Source of the DNA: Clostridia bacterium
Lineage (GTDB): Bacteria; Bacillota; Clostridia; Oscillospirales; UBA644
Direction of reading: 5' to 3'
Assembly: GCA_014872655.1 (NCBI GenBank)
Contig: WHHJ01000003.1
Span: forward strand, 863-64,862
Length of the DNA stretch: 64,000 nucleotides
Position 1 is the stretch's first letter; every line of letters begins with the position of its first letter. Below, in pieces: positions 63,092 to 64,000 of this stretch. Both the position numbers and the translations under genes were made by a program. The notes under the pieces are model-generated. The model did no database searches, was not told the DNA's origin, and was given only the letters and a program-made list of their open reading frames with translations.

Positions 63092-64000
63092 ATGCAAACC
63101 GACAAAATCAGAAATGTGTGCCTGCTTGGGCACGGCGGAGACGGAAAAACCGCTCTTATCGAGGCGGCGCTGTATTATACAAAAGGAACAGACAGATACG
63201 GTACCGCCGAAGAAGGAACGACAGTTTGTGATTATGATCCCGAAGAAATAAAGCGAAAGATTACGATATCAACCGCAGTTGCTCCCGTAGAGTGGAAGGG
63301 TTGCAAAATCAATTTTATCGATACTCCAGGGTATTTTGATTTTGAAGGCGACTGCTTGCAGGCTGCTCGGGCCGCGGAGACGGCGTTGGTTGTTATTTCC
63401 GCAAAGAGCGGTATCCATTACGCAACCACAAAGGCGATTCAGCTGGCAGAGGCAAATAATATGCCGCTTTTGTTTTTTATAACCAAGATCGATGAAGAAC
63501 ACGCTGATTTTTATGGCGTTTTTGAGGCGTTAAAAAACCGTTACGGAAAAGGCGTATGCGCCATGTGTATTCCGATTGTGGAAAATGAAAAAATGGTTGG
63601 ATATGTGGACCTGATTGAAATGAAGTCCAAACGCCGTGAAAACGGAAAGACTGTTGAAGGCCCCATTCCGGAAGATTTATCCGGACAGGTGGAAGAACTT
63701 CGGACTATTTTGGATGAGACGGTTGCGGCGTCTTCTGAAGAATTAATGGAAAAATATTTTGCTGGAGAATCTTTTACCGCAGAAGAAATTAAAACAGCAT
63801 TGGTCAGCGGCGTTGTAGAACGGAAGATTTTTCCGGTTCTTTGCGGTGCAGCTTCTACGCAGTCTGGTATCAGCGCGTTGTTAAATTATATTGTAACATA
63901 TACTCCGACTCCTAAGATTACGAATGAAGCTGGGACAGCTGCTTATATTTTTAAAACGATGGCAGACCCGTTTGTCGGAAAGTTATCATACTTAAAAGTG
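63092..64000 (+). CDS. elongation factor G-like translational GTPase (paralogue; 3' end beyond the window)
   Basis: This ORF is not in the ORF track because it runs off the edge. Manual translation from ATG 63092 (behind GAAAGGGGA) gives MQTDKIRNVCLLGHGGDGKTALIEAALYYTKGTDRYG...ITISTAV...DTPGYFDF...TKID. Confidence 0.8.
   Translation, partial: MQTDKIRNVCLLGHGGDGKTALIEAALYYTKGTDRYGTAEEGTTVCDYDPEEIKRKITISTAVAPVEWKGCKINFIDTPGYFDFEGDCLQAARAAETALVVISAKSGIHYATTKAIQLAEANNMPLLFFITKIDEEHADFYGVFEALKNRYGKGVCAMCIPIVENEKMVGYVDLIEMKSKRRENGKTVEGPIPEDLSGQVEELRTILDETVAASSEELMEKYFAGESFTAEEIKTALVSGVVERKIFPVLCGAASTQSGISALLNYIVTYTPTPKITNEAGTAAYIFKTMADPFVGKLSYLKV

Noticed and set aside
1-64000. rRNA, tRNA, CRISPR arrays, IS elements, prophage or defence-system genes
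   Set aside because: No spacer is long enough or shows cloverleaf-like structure. No repeat-spacer arrays were seen. No transposase, integrase, nuclease-helicase or toxin-antitoxin-like ORFs were recognised among the tracked proteins.

Overview
This window looks like chromosomal DNA from a mid/low-GC, endospore-forming Firmicute, probably Clostridia-like, because it carries spoIVA and dpaA/dpaB. All calls rest on motif recognition in the supplied translations plus manual reading of the DNA; no database search was possible. The window is almost fully coding and mostly housekeeping.

Gene content in order:
- 1-7872, minus strand: lon (runs off the 5' edge), then a tightly coupled block of a PP-loop ATPase, a MurD-family ligase, TldD and PmbA.
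- 8962-25273, plus strand: a roughly 16-kb co-directional run of maf-mreBCD-PBP2-minD-like-mgsA-hisS-aspS, a four-gene GldA/F/G-like ABC module with a DUF4340-like gene, then thrS.
- spoIVA with a sigmaE-type promoter, a DUF378 gene, and a stand-alone HMGL-family (possibly Re-citrate) synthase.
- A cluster of membrane and surface proteins that includes a 917-aa signal-peptide/TM/charged-tail protein.
- A MATE exporter, an L,D-transpeptidase, a VOC protein, pepP, and dpaAB.
- Minus strand: clxX-clpP-tig (clpX, clpP, tig), a phosphoesterase, a dipeptidase, yraN, rnhB and rbgA.
- An AT-rich vat (streptogramin acetyltransferase) insertion, two tandem lepB genes, and rplS.
- A nine-gene arginine operon, argG-(ACT/UPF0237)-(UPF0210/DUF711)-argHCJBDF, preceded by tandem ARG boxes.
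- rplU-rpmA (no prp), obg, a membrane-anchored hypothetical protein, and a partial EF-G paralogue.

No rRNA, tRNA, CRISPR array, transposase or integrase was seen.

Most interesting candidates:
- The off-cluster MurD plus PP-loop pair (possible MurD2/MurL route), fused operonically to TldD/PmbA.
- The function-unknown ACT+DUF711 pair embedded in the arg operon.
- The GldFG/DUF4340 ABC module sandwiched between tRNA synthetase genes.
- The 917-aa surface protein locus.
- The compositionally foreign vat gene.
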